64,000 nucleotides of DNA from Octopus sinensis. Lineage: Eukaryota. A program made the translations under genes and the position numbers. The stretch spans positions 5,022,001 through 5,086,000 of the forward strand of contig NC_043018.1 in assembly GCF_006345805.1 (NCBI RefSeq), written 5' to 3'. Shown here one piece after another: positions 26,105 through 39,379 of this stretch (position 1 is its first letter; the number at the start of each line of letters is the position of its first letter). The notes beneath the pieces were generated by a model that was not told where the DNA came from, did not search any database, and saw only the letters and a program-made list of their open reading frames with translations.

Positions 26105-26500
26105 CTTTTAACTTGTACCTGTTTCAGTCATTAGACTGCGGCAATGCTGGAGCACCGACTTGAAGAATTCTTAGTCGAATGAATCGATCCTTGTGCTTAA
26201 ATATATTCTGAAGCCTGGTGCTTATTGGTCCCTTTTGCACTTATTCTATTGGGTTCTTTTACCGAAGTTACGGGGACGTAAATACACCAACACCGGTTGT
26301 CAGGTGGTGGGAGGAGGGACAAATATAGATACAAAGACACACATATATTTGACGGGCTTCTTTCAGTTTCCGTGTACCAAATCTACTCACAAGGTGGTTG
26401 GGTGGCCCGAGGCTAAAGAAGATACTTGTTTAAGGTGCTAGGCAGTGGTAGCGAACCCGGAACCGTGTGACTGTCTTACCACACAGCCACTCCTACGCCT
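26105..26500 (-). mobile_element. SINE family B
   Basis: Tail, body and head on the minus strand. Confidence 0.8.
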
Positions 26501-26901
26501 ACATATTGAGAGGATTGGCTTTGTTTTGTTGATTAGTATTCGACATGGATTCAGGGAAGTTCGAAACGATAGAATAGCGAACTGCGACCCCTTTTTTTTT
26601 TATAAAGAAGAAGGTTCTGGAAATATATACGCTTATTGTATTATCGGATGTATTGGGATTAGCGGATGTAGGGATTTTCTGGCGTTGCATGAGTTAAAGA
26701 CGCTTACTGACAGTTTCCTTATAATCTTGTCGCTTTGTGAAACAAGCAAACAAAATAAACACATAAACCTTCATCGTACAAAATCCAAAATATCCTGAGA
26801 TGAATGTTTTGTGTCGATTCTTTGAGAGCAAGGTTGGATGGTTTGAGTTCTTACGATTTACTCAAGAATTTTGTTTGGTTTTTCTGTTTGGGGTTGGTTT
26901 A

Positions 26902-27113
26902 AAAATTCTGGCACAAGGCTAGCAATTCGGGTGAGGGGATAAGTCGATTACATCAACCCCAGTTTTCAACTGGTATTTATTTTATGGAGCACAAAACGGT
27001 AAATGGCAAAGTCGACCTCGGTGGAAATTGAACTCAGTGCGCAAAGGCAGGCAGACGGGATGCCGCAAAGCATTCCCCCCCGGCATGCTAACGATTCCAC
27101 CATCTCGCTTCCT
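26902..27113 (-). mobile_element. SINE family A monomer
   Basis: Family A body and head on the minus strand. Confidence 0.75.
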
Positions 27114-28001
27114 TTGTATGAGGCAATATTAGCAATATATTCGTTATGGCGGGGAAATCAGTAACTTTGAAGTTTATGTTAACATTAAATTTTCAGCTTA
27201 ACTTTTTGAATAAATTATGTTTCTTCTGGCTTTTGTTGGCCATTTATACTCCGACAAATGGTAGATCATCATCGCAGCATGCATATCTACACACACACAC
27301 ACACACACACGTATATATATATTCACACACACATAGACAGCGCACATGGAACTGGGAAGTGAAAATAAAAACGTTTTATAATTTGCCAGAGTTTAAACTC
27401 CAATTTCCTAAAGTGGATGAAATGCAAATGCTCCTCCTGGATAGACAGCCAAACCACTCGACACTTATTTTGCCAGCAGTTTGGTAAATGAGAAAATTAA
27501 ATGTTTTGACCTCCAGATAAATCGAAACGTCAACAGTGAATATGATTTAATGATATATATATATATATTATATATATATATAGTTATAAATTGGGAAATG
27601 AATGAATAGAGAAATAGATGGATGGTTGGGTGGATGGAAATACAGACAGAGAAACGGATAAACATACATAAGATATGGATAAATAGACACAGGTAGATAA
27701 AGGAATAGTTAGAGGGATGGATGTTGACATAGAAAGATAGATAGATAAATGGATAGCTGGATAAGGTAGGTAAATAGATACATAGAGAGCGAGAGAGAGA
27801 GTGGGAGAGAGAGAGAAAGAAAGAGAGAGTGGGAGAGAGAGAGAGAGAAGAGAGAAAGAAAGTCTGATAGGTAACTAGCTAGATAGGTAAGTTGGTAGAA
27901 AGATTGGTAGATAAATAAATTGATAGACAGAAAGGCAAAGAGAGAGGGGGAGATGAGAAGAAATAGGATCGGAAGAGAGAACGGGGAAAGTGTGTGTGTG
28001 T

Positions 28002-28035
<34 letters not shown>

Positions 28036-28818
28036 GAAATGCAATGAGAGAGGCACGGGTCAGTTACGAGAAGAACGAATGAGAGAAAGAAAGGGGAAGA
28101 GGAAATACAATGCAAAAGGGTAGGAGTGTGATAAGAGTAGAAGTGAGAGTGAGCGAAGGGGAGGTTGTGGAATGAAATACAATAAACAAAATAAACTTGA
28201 AACATTTCGGTTTGTTTCTGAGAGAAAGCAGCGGCGGCGGTGGACGAAGAATTAGGAGGAAGGATGAGGGGGTATGAATGTGAGGAGAAGCGGGAGGTAT
28301 GCGTTTTGACTGGAGTAGTAATGTTCGAAGCAAAAGAGGAGTGGAAGGAGAGATGTTGAGGTTGCGAGAGAAAACATAGAAGGAAATGAGAGGTAAAGCT
28401 GTAAAGGAGAGGGTGGCGGCAGCGGCGGCGCCGGGATGAAGGGAAGGCTGGAGCTTGTTTTATGATTCTGGGCGTGTCTAAGTCACTTGCACATACACAC
28501 TGGCATATGCACACACACACACACGTATAAGAGAGGAAGAAAATTGTGATTTATAATGATGTCAGGGCGGAGTATGAACTGTCAGACGAAGGAGAAGTAA
28601 GAGTAGGAGTATGAATAGAGGGAGGTAAAGTATAAAGAGGCAGGCGAAGGAGTAGGAGGAGTGAAAGGTTCCATAGACGAGAGAAAGAAGTTACCTTTGC
28701 CTTATATGGAGAAAGATGGGTGGAGCTATAATTCGATTTAGATAAAATGAGTAGTTTTCCTCCATAATACGAAAAATGGATATATATATATATATACACA
28801 CACACATATACATATATA

Positions 28819-28865
<47 letters not shown>

Positions 28866-28982
28866 CACATTTAATATATATATATATGTGGTTTATATAT
28901 ATATATATTATAAACACACACACACATATTATATATTAAATGTGTATATATATACATATATATATGTACATATATATGTATA

Positions 28983-29028
<46 letters not shown>

Positions 29029-29316
29029 ATTGTATATGTGCGTGTGTATGTGTATATATGTATATATGTAATGTGCGTATACATATGCATACACATTCAT
29101 TTAAATGTATGCATATCTATATGTATGTTTATAAGTACTATGTGTATGTGTTTACATGTATGTATATTAGAATGTGTATGCATGAATATATATGTATGTA
29201 TGTGTGTTTATATGTATCGAACAGCGGCAAGGGCTTGGCACCCGTGAAAAGTAATTCACAGAAGACACTTTTCATACGTCAGAATGAACACCCACCCCCC
29301 ACACACACATACACAT

Positions 29317-29361
<45 letters not shown>

Positions 29362-29764
29362 CAGACGCTTGGAAACTGTGTAGGTGAATTGCTTGAGGGG
29401 TGCTGAAGCTTGAGGGGTGTTCGATCTGGGCCATCTTGGAATCCGTCCATAAGCCTCAAGTGACAATTATGGCTGCTTTCCGCTGGGGAGGAAATCCGTG
29501 TATCCGGTTCATTAGGCTCCACCTGAGGAAATAGATATCCATTCACCAGGTATTGGCCCTCATCCACCTGTATTTGCAAAACCGACTTTTGAAAATATCA
29601 CCTTGGTAAAGTGGCATACGTGCATACACGCGCGCGCGCGCGTGTGTATACACATATAGACATATATACCTATATGTATGCTTATATATATATATATAGT
29701 AATAGTAATAATAATAATAATAATAATAACTATTATTATTGTTGTTGTTGTTATTATTAACGCA

Positions 29765-30135
29765 GTGAACTGGGCGAAATGCCTTAGCGGTATTTCGTCT
29801 GCCGTTACGTTCTGAGTTCAAATTCCGCCGAGGTCGACTTTGCCTTTCATCCTTTCGGGGTCGATTAAATAAGTACCAGTTACGCACTGGGGTCGATATA
29901 ATCGACTTAAACCGTTTGTCTGTCCTTGTTTGTCCTCTCTGTGTTTAGCCCCTGGTGGGTAGTAAAGAAATAGGTATTTTGTCCTTCTTTACGCTGTGAG
30001 TTCTAATTCCACCGGGTTCACTTTGTCTTTCAACCTTTCAGCGTCGATAAAATAAAGTACCAGTCATGTACTGGGGTCCTTGCAATCGACTAGCCCCGTT
30101 CTCCGAAATTCCAAGCCTTGTACCTATAGCAAAAA
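29765..30135 (+). mobile_element. Dimeric SINE family A
   Basis: Same two-unit organisation as 9378-9766. Confidence 0.8.
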
Positions 30136-30269
30136 TCATCATCATCGTCATCATCATTATTATTATTATCCTTATTGTTATTATTATTTAGTGACTGTTC
30201 GATTCGGCTCCGCGTCGAATAATATATGTAACCCCTTTTAAATGCGTTCAGTGCTTCTTCCTTCCTTTT

Positions 30270-30585
30270 TCTTCCTTCCTTCCTTCCTTTCTTTCCTTGG
30301 GCAAGTGTCTACAAGCATAGCACCGGACCGACAAAGCCTCGTAGGTGGATATGGCAAACGGAAACTGAAAGAAGCCCGTCGTTATGTGTGTGTGCGTCTG
30401 TCTATCTGTCTACCCCTTAACACGCTTAACAACCAGTGTTGGTGTGTTTATGTCCTCGTAACAAAGCGAGGTCGAATGAATAAGTACCAAATTTTTAAAA
30501 ATAGCAAGTCCTGAGGCTGTTTCCTTCGACCTCGAGGCGATGCCCCAGCATGGCCACAGTCTAATGGTTGAAGATAAAAAATTAA
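30270..30585 (+). mobile_element. SINE family B (5' truncated)
   Basis: cttgggcaagtgtct...cccagcatggccacagtctaatgg. Confidence 0.75.
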
Positions 30586-30586
30586 A

Positions 30587-30621
<35 letters not shown>

Positions 30622-30719
30622 TGTATGGATTTGTATAAATATGTTTATGTGTGTATGTGCATGCATATTGTGCGTACGCGTATGTGTGTGCTTGTGCGTG
30701 TAGCCATATGTGTGTAAGA

Positions 30720-30930
30720 GGAGAAGGCCAGTCACTGTAAGGAGACGATGGACAATGGCCGGAGGAATATTGAGCGAAACCTAGTGACCAGTTGATCTAG
30801 TAGTGAGGGGACCGGTGCGCAATGATGCCGTCGAGGGGAAGGACCCGTGACGGCGCGCATTCCCTCCTGATGACCCTCTAAACTTGCTAGCATCCAGATG
30901 TGCAGAGCTTTCAACTGGTGGCACTTGCAT
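30720..30930 (+). pseudogene. RTE-like LINE C-terminal remnant
   Basis: PVTVRRRWTMAGGIL resembles the RTE motif ..RRRWxxAGHILR; downstream sequence is degenerate. Confidence 0.45.
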
Positions 30931-30989
30931 CTGCAAATTGTTTGCACAAAAATTTTAAAGAGTAAAAAAAAACATATGCATGTATGAAG

Positions 30990-31160
30990 TGAAGGCGCGT
31001 AGCTGAGTGGTTAGTGCATTCGGTTCGCGATCGCGAAGTTGTGAGTTCGAATCTTGGGCCTACGTTGTGTCCTTGAGCAAGACTCTTTATTTCACGTTGC
31101 TCCAGTCCACTCAACTGATAGAAATGATTTGTACTTGTAATTCAAAAGGGGCCAGCCTTC
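30990..31160 (+). mobile_element. SINE family D, 5' part
   Basis: gaaggcgcgtagctgagtggttag...gagttcgaatc...ttgtgtccttgagcaagactctttatttcacgttgctccag. Confidence 0.8.
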
Positions 31161-31384
31161 TCACTTTCTTTAAGGCTCTCCTTGCTTTGGAGTGCCCAGC
31201 TGTTGATTCCTTCTCACTGCATGACGTTAGAGGCAGGCGAAATTGGTTGATGGAAACTGTAAGAAGCCCATCATACACACACAGGTTTATAAACATGCAC
31301 ACATCTTCGTGTGTATCTGTGTGAGTGTGTATTGTGTGTGTGCGCGCGTGAGTGTGCAAATGTTCGTCAAATTTGATTTATAAG

Positions 31385-31800
31385 CATTTTCTGTTTACGG
31401 CCAGACTGGGGCACCACCTTGAAGAATTTTAGTTGAACGAAACGACTTATTCGTTATAGTGTGAGACTTATTCTAGCGTTTTCTTTTGGCGAAGCGCTAT
31501 GTTACGTGGACATAAACACAGCAACACCGGTGGTGGGGGACAAACACAAATACAGACACACACGAGTGCGAGCGCGCGCACACTCAGACAAATGTACAAA
31601 TATATATATATATATACATACATATACAGCTGACGGATATCTTTCCTTTTCCGTCAACCAAATGTACGGAAACGGGTTTGGCTGGCCCGAGTCTATTGTA
31701 GAAGATACCTACACAGTGTGCCACGCGGTGGCACTGTTACCCGAGGCATGTAATTGGGAAACAAGCGACTTACCCCACGGCCACACCTGCGCCCATGCGT
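31385..31800 (-). mobile_element. Diverged SINE family B
   Basis: Degenerate tail, body and head on the minus strand. Confidence 0.65.
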
Positions 31801-32008
31801 GTGTGTATGTGTACACAGACACACACACACACACACACACACATATAATATATATATATATATATGTATATACATAGATAGATAAAAGACAATATTAATT
31901 AAGGACATTCCAACTTAGCCACATTGTCACGTTTCAATATATATATATATATCTGTATGTATGATGTATGTATGTATGTATGTATGTATACACAAATATA
32001 TATATATA

Positions 32009-32046
<38 letters not shown>

Positions 32047-32177
32047 TATAGGTAAACATAAAAATATTACAGACATGGACAAGAACATGACCACAGACAC
32101 AAGAACCACAGGACGGGACATTCGAAGCCCTCAGTCATCAGTCAAGAACCAGATCATCTTAGCAATTTATGATTATC

Positions 32178-32223
<46 letters not shown>

Positions 32224-32225
32224 AT

Positions 32226-32282
<57 letters not shown>

Positions 32283-32534
32283 GAAGGAATGTGGGGAGAG
32301 AGCGGGGGGCGATTTAGATAGGTGGGTACATAGGGTGGGTGAAAGTAAACGCTTTGTGACACTCCAGTATTTCTATATCATAAATAATGATTTAATTAAA
32401 CAAATAATAATTAAAGTCACTTATGATCATTACTTGCACTCAATGACTGCGATTTCTATGAGAATAGCGTCCACAATAGAAGAAGAAGAAGAAGAAATGG
32501 CGCTATATTCAATATCGTGATGTATATATGTATG

Positions 32535-32576
<42 letters not shown>

Positions 32577-32644
32577 ATACGTGAGTGTATAATGTATGTG
32601 TATTATATGTATATATATCCATATGTAATATATATATATAAATA

Positions 32645-32680
<36 letters not shown>

Positions 32681-32729
32681 TGTATATATGTATGTATGTA
32701 TGTATACATTATCTATCTATCTATCTATA

Positions 32730-32778
<49 letters not shown>

Positions 32779-32939
32779 GTGTGTGTGTGTGTATATATTT
32801 ATATATATATATATTTATATGCATGTATAACTATCTCTCTCTCTCCATATGTATATATAGTATATATATATGTGTGTGTGTGTTTATCCATCCATCCATT
32901 CATCCATATATATATATATGTTTATGTATATATTCTTTT

Positions 32940-33140
32940 CTTTCTTTTACTATTTTACTTGTTTCAGTCATTTGACTGCGGCCATGCTGGAGCACCGCCT
33001 TTAGTCGTACAAATCGACCCCAGACTTATTATTTGTAAGCCTACTACTTATTCTATCGGTGTCTTTTGCCGAACCGCTAAGTTACGGGGACGTAAACACA
33101 CCAACATCGTTTGTCAAGCGATAGTGGGTGGTCAAACACA
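32940..33140 (-). mobile_element. SINE family B, 3' half (young)
   Basis: Very close to 43025-43220. Confidence 0.85.
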
Positions 33141-33265
33141 GAAACCAAATATATATATATATAATATATAGATATATATATATATATATCTATACAGATA
33201 TATATGGGTGTAAATTGATACAGAATTGTCAGCACCTGAATCATCAATCCACCAATGTATGCATG

Positions 33266-33378
<113 letters not shown>

Positions 33379-33899
33379 ATAAACTGATTGATTTAGATAA
33401 AATAGTGCGGGGGTGGCGTCATTCGAAGGCTAAAACAATGCGAACGCATTGTGACCAGCGATGTGTAACAACATCTGATGGTCTGGTTGGTCACGTGTCA
33501 CGTGATATATATATATGAATCGATCTATCTCTCCACTTTACCTGTATATCTATGCAACCTAGTTCCACTCAACGGACAGAGGTCATATTCGGGCTGGGGC
33601 CTTGAAGGGTTTTAGTCAATCAAATCGATCACTTTACTTATTTTCGAAGTGTGATATTGATCGTCCCGTCCAGTGTTGCTGAAGCGCCAGATTACGGGAA
33701 CATAAACAAACCAATTCCGGTTGAAACACACACACACACACACATGACTTTCCTTTAGTTTCTGTCTACCCAATCCACTGAGAAGGGGTTAAGTCGGCCA
33801 AAGGCATCTGAGAAACGCTGGGGTCAAAGTGATATACAGTGAAATTGAACCCGAGTCCATGTAGTTTCAAAGTGGACTCTTCAACCAAACTGCCATCTA

Positions 33900-33945
<46 letters not shown>

Positions 33946-34118
33946 GTTGTTGTTTTGTTGTTGTTGTTATTCATTTTGTTCATCGTGTGCAAGAACGTGG
34001 GTATTCCGGGTATTCAGGGTATTCATCATTATTTCATTTATTTTAATCAATTTTAGAAAAATTGAAGCATGTCATTGACAATTCCGGAGCGAATTGAATT
34101 TATTTTCTCCCCCCCCCA

Positions 34119-34153
<35 letters not shown>

Positions 34154-34252
34154 GCGCGCGCTTAAACGTACACGAACACAGGCAAGTGTTGCTTTCCTGA
34201 GTTTTGTGTGGTATGTATGTATATATGTATATATGTATATATATATAGATAT

Positions 34253-34283
<31 letters not shown>

Positions 34284-34285
34284 GG

Positions 34286-34332
<47 letters not shown>

Positions 34333-34358
34333 GATATATATATATATATATCTATATC

Positions 34359-34405
<47 letters not shown>

Positions 34406-34513
34406 GTATGTATTATATATATGTGTGTGTGTGTGTGTGTGTTTATCAGGGTAAAGCATCTTACCGCATTATGAGATTATGTATGTGTGCTGTGTGTGAA
34501 TATAAAAAGAGTA

Positions 34514-34842
34514 AAGACCCCCTTCGGTCATGAATGACCATGGGATTGCATCTAGAAAGTTCTTCTCGAAGGGACAAGCCCAGGCAATGTTGTTTATGGA
34601 AGACCACCAGTCGGCCATGCCTCCCCTCTCCACGCCACCGATGTTAAGCAAGGGGAAGGCAAAGGGGCCGACACAGCTTGGCACCTGTGACGTCGCAACT
34701 CATTTTCACAGCTGAGTGAACTGGAGCAACGCGAAATAAAGTGTTTTGCTCAAGAACACAACACGCAGCCCGGTCTGGGATTCGAACTCATTACCTCATG
34801 ATTGTGAGCCCGACGCTCTAACCACTGCACCATGCGCCTTCA
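34514..34842 (-). mobile_element. SINE family D, near full length
   Basis: Minus strand gaaggcgcatggtgcagtggttagagcgtcgggctcacaatc...gagttcgaatccc head. Body matches 46291-46640. Confidence 0.85.
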
Positions 34843-35398
34843 CACACACACACGTGAAGGTGCATAGCTCAGTGGTCGGGCCCCTGATCGTGAGATTATG
34901 AGTCATAATTTTAAATCTGCATATCCAAACTGGGCATAGACCTTGTCGTATGTCGTTTGAAGCCCTTACAGTGTATTCGACGACGTAATGTCATCACAAG
35001 TGATGGATTTATTGCCATTAAATTTAGATCATGAATTCCATCACGTGCGTACATACTATAACATCCGAGAGAAAGAAATCAGAATTCACGAGATTATTAT
35101 CCACTACGATCATTTCGACCCATTGTGCAGCGGTGCCTCGAGAGTGAAATGATGTACAAGTAGTTGCGGTGCATCATCAGTGCAGATGTGTCCCGTCAGA
35201 TGACTTGTGAAAAGATCCCCCGTTTCGCATATTTCGATCAGAATATATTTCGGTAGTGTCTGTAGCTACTCGCACACGCGACTTGGGTAATGTTATTAAG
35301 TTGTGCAATCAACCGAGACAGGTTCCCCCGTTGTCTCGTTCTGCCAAGGAATGCGATGATTCCGGGCTTCGAAGGTACTATTTTTCTTTCTTCCAGAC

Positions 35399-35766
35399 CA
35401 GTGGTTCTCAACCGGGGTTCATATGGCCCCTGAGGATCCATATGAAATTTGTGGGGGTCCATGCAATAAAATAGTAAATTGGGGATCCATTAGAGTATTT
35501 TAAGGGTCCCTGAAAAAAAAAAATGTTGCTTTAGATGTATGCATTGTTATTTATTGCAAGAAACGGGTGGGTTTCTTTCTCTAACATTTTGCGTTGTTCA
35601 ATCTACATAAGTTAATATGCGAAACAGAAAATAGGAATTTTTAAAGACATTTCAATAAAACAAGCTTTTAAACATCGAATGGATATGGTGGTGAGGTGGA
35701 GGGATTCCACCAGAATAAAATAGTAATCAAAGGAGTCCATAGATAAAAAGTGGTTGAGAAGCCCTG
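35399..35766. mobile_element. hAT (Charlie-like) MITE
   Basis: TIRs cagtggttctcaacc and ggttgagaagccctg. The 8-bp flanks ttccagac and ctctagga both resemble the NTCTAGAN target. A related copy lies at 62288-62617. Confidence 0.75.
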
Positions 35767-35984
35767 CTCTAGGACTAAGCCTCGAAGATTTACTGTGTGC
35801 TCTGGAAGCGAAAGGTTATAATCTTTCATAATCCAAGTTTCATCCCAGAGGAATATTATCTACGCTAAACTTACTGCGTTTTCGTAAAAACCGAAGAACA
35901 AAGAGAAATAAGAAAGGGAAAGAGAAAGAGAGTATAAAGGAGAGAAAGAGAAGTGACTGACATGGAACTTCAATCTTCCATCTT

Positions 35985-37110
35985 TAGTTTGTTCCAGTCG
36001 TTGGACTGCGGCCATTCCGGGGCCTTGAAGAATATTTAGTCGAATGAATTGACCCTAGTACTTAATTTTCTTTAAAGCCTGGTACTTACTTTATCGGCAA
36101 CTATTGCTGAACCGCTAGTTTGCAGGACGAAAACATACCAACACCGGTTGTCAAGCGGTGGCGGGGGGGGGACACAAACACACACACACATACACACACG
36201 TGGTGCGATGGGTAAATTGTCACCATTTTATATTTTTAATTTCACGCAGGTGCATTGTTTTTTATTTTGTCGACTACACAGTATAGTAGGGTCAGTCGGG
36301 AACCGTCTGAGAATAACATCACTATGATGCAATTCACTCAGCCAGAAATTTGGAAACGACATGCTGTACTGCTTGGCTTTCGCGCCGGAAGCCCCAATAC
36401 AAACGTTTCAAAATGTTTGGGTGTCAATCTGAGGACATGTACGGAGAGTGATAAAAATCAAATATCGATTCAACATCACTAGTGATGGCGATGTTATGCC
36501 TCCATTCATCTTCCCACACGGTCTCAGACTCAACACAGGCCTACATCAAGTGCCTAGAGAAAGTAATGCTACCCTGAGTCAAGAGGGTGGCTGCTGGAAT
36601 ACCCTATGTCTACCAGTAGGACTCTGCACCGAGGCACTCAAGCTGAAAAACCCAGTCATGGCAGTCAGACAATTTCTGCGACCACATCACCCTTAACATT
36701 TGGCCACATAACTCCCCAGACTGCAACCTTCTTGATTATTTTGTGTAGGGTACAGTTGAGCGAGAGACCAACAAAACTCCTTGTAACACCAAAGATGAAC
36801 TAAAAGCAAGGATTATGGCGGCATTCCCCAACTTAAACAAGGAGACCGTCCAGAAGAGTTGCAGGAGATTTGGAAGTCGTCTGGAGGCCGTGGTTGAAGC
36901 CAATGGCGATTTTATTGAATAAATTTACTCTTTAGTATTTCAAGATATTTTTATGTAATTTTTGTAAATAAATCTGTTAAAATGCGAAGAGAGTGATATT
37001 TTTATTTTGCGTAATTTAGACGACAATTTATTCACCGCACCCTGTGTATGTATATATATACATACATAAATACATAAATACACACACACACACACGCGCG
37101 CACGCACACA

Positions 37111-37167
<57 letters not shown>

Positions 37168-37320
37168 ACGGCGTTCTTTCAGTTTCCATCTACCAAATCT
37201 ACCTACAAGGCCTTGGTCGGCCCGAGGTTATAGTAGAAGGCATCAGTACCACGCAGTGGGACTGAACCCGGAAGCATGTGGTTGGGAAGCAAACTTCTTA
37301 CCACACAGCCACGTTTGCAC
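35985..37320 (-). mobile_element. SINE family B split in two by a nested DNA transposon
   Basis: 3' half at 35985-36190 and 5' half at 37165-37320, with the maT element in the CA/TA linker between them. Confidence 0.75.
36196..37046 (+). mobile_element. Internally deleted maT/DD37D Tc1-mariner transposon
   Basis: Imperfect TIRs of about 28 bp (cacgtggtgcgatgggtaaattgtc / gacaatttattcaccgcaccctgtg) with TA at the right end. The N-terminus MMQFTQPEIWKRHAVLLG is fused to SDGDVMPPFIFPHGLRLN..PYVYQ*DSAP-(37 aa)-SPDCNLLDY..VVEANGDFIE*. Confidence 0.9.
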
Positions 37321-37359
37321 TACGGATGTGAAATAATATGAAAACACTTTGTTTCTATG

Positions 37360-38700
37360 GAACTTTTATCTTTTACTTGTTTCGATCATTGGATTGCAGC
37401 CATGCTGGGTTGTCGCCTTAAATGGTTTAGTCAAACAAACTGACCCCAGTGATCATTTATAAAAATTCAATAGTTATTCTAAAGGCCTTCTGCTCTTTTC
37501 ACCTAACTGCCAAATCACAGGGACGTAAACAAACCAACATCAGTTGTTAAGCAATGGTGGTGGTTGGGGACGAACAAAGACACACATATACACATACGGT
37601 GGGCTTCTTTCAGTTTCCGTCCACCAAATCCACTCTCAGTGCTTTGGTCGGCCCACAGCTATAGGAGAAGACACTTGCCGAAGGTTCCACGCAGTGGGAC
37701 TGAACCCGGAATCATGTGGTTGGGAAGCAAGCTTCTTACCGCACAGCCATATACACGAAGGTCTTCTTTCAGTTTCCGTGTGCCAAATCCACTGACAAAG
37801 CCTTGGTCAGTTTGAGGCGATTGTAGAAGTCATCTGAGCCAGATGCTGTGCAATGGGACTGAATCCAAGACATGATGGGGTCAGGAAGGGAGCCTTCCTG
37901 ACCCCCACAGCAACGCCTCATTACATTCTTTTATACTCCTTCTTCTTCATCTTTCAAATGACATCAGTTCCTTGAAGGTCAGCTGGTTTCGTGTCTCCAT
38001 CCTTCAGCCACTCCCCCGACCCACTCATCTTCCCCATTCCCATTTTGTCTGCCTTATTCTGTCCAGTTCTTCTTTCACCTGATGACTAGCCTTCTGTCTT
38101 CCCTGCAGGTGTTGAGCCATTCAAAGGTGGTGGCCACTGACCTTCCTCCAAACTCAGCCACTTAAAAATGCCGATAAATAGAAAGAATGATGCACAAAAG
38201 TGTTAAGCTTTCTCTTGAGAGCATCTTTGACACCAGAGAATTTACCCTTGGGAAATGAATGAACACCACACATTCATTAAACCTTTTAGCATTTCTCTTT
38301 CCTTCTAGTTTCAGTCATTAGATTGCGGCCATGCTGGGGCACCACCTTGAAGAGTTTTTGACAGGAAGGATCGACCCAAGTACTTCTTACTCTTTTTGTT
38401 TGTTTAGGCCTGACACTTATTATTCGACCAGGCTCCTTTGGTGAACCGCTAAGTTACGGAGATGTAAACACGCCAACACAGGCAGTTAGGTGGTGGCGGC
38501 AGACAAACAAACGCACACGCAGACACTTGTGTGTGTGTGAGAGAAAGAAAGTGAGAGAAAGAGAGAGAGAGAAACAGAAAGAGAGAGCGTGTGTGTGAGA
38601 CTGTGAAGTTTGCTTCGTGACCCCGTGGTTTTGAGTTCGAACCCACTGCACGGCACCTAGAGCACGTGTCTTCAACTATAGTCCCGGCCAAACAATACCT
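37360..38700 (-). mobile_element. Further SINE family B copies (about 37360-37870 and 38300-38700)
   Basis: Family B tail, body and head on the minus strand. Confidence 0.75.
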
Positions 38701-38780
38701 TGAGAACGAATTTCATAGAAAAACAGTGTATATGTTTGTGGTGTGTGTGTGTGAGTGTGTGTGTGAGTGTGTGTGTGTGT

Positions 38781-38853
<73 letters not shown>

Positions 38854-39074
38854 ATCATTAATGACTCTTGAAAGGTAGAAAGAAAAATGTTCTTCTCGCT
38901 GTGATTCGAACTTAGAATGCGAGATATACAGGGACAGCTAAAGTCGCCAAAACCTCTTCTTGCCGATCCTCCCCTTTCGCATCTCATCAATGGCTGTTAA
39001 AAGTGTATCTTTGGAGGACCATCTTGCAAATAAAAACACAGGCACCGATTCTGTTTCATTTGTTTCTTCTACTA

Positions 39075-39345
39075 GTCTTCTACCTAACTAATTAAGCAAT
39101 CAACTAATCTATTGCCTGATTAATCCTTCGGTCATCAATCAGTTGGTTCGTCCGAGTGTCCTGTCCTTTGCCTGTCACGCTATATCGAAGTTTGGACACA
39201 TCGTGACAGAACTGGAATCACGAGAACACACCCTTGATGGGTCCGCAAAGGCTAACGAAACGACTCGGACAAACTGTTCGGTTGATTGAGCGAACGATTA
39301 ATCAAACAATCGATTAGATAACTGATTAATTATTCAACTAGTTGA
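39075..39345. repeat. Degenerate inverted repeat, possible PLE-type terminus
   Basis: ctaatctattgcctgattaatccttcggtca..gtccgagt pairs with actcggac..gattaatcaaacaatcgattag (about 75% by eye). A related sequence lies at 49260-49370. Confidence 0.55.
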
Positions 39346-39379
39346 CTAATCCATTGTTGGTTTATCAGACAGCTGTCTA

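Noticed and set aside
38060-38165. Strong plus-strand acceptor ccctgcag| at 38109 (also tttctccag| at 20706)
   Set aside because: No convincing downstream donor or recognisable peptide; pyrimidine-rich decayed repeats produce such sites by chance.
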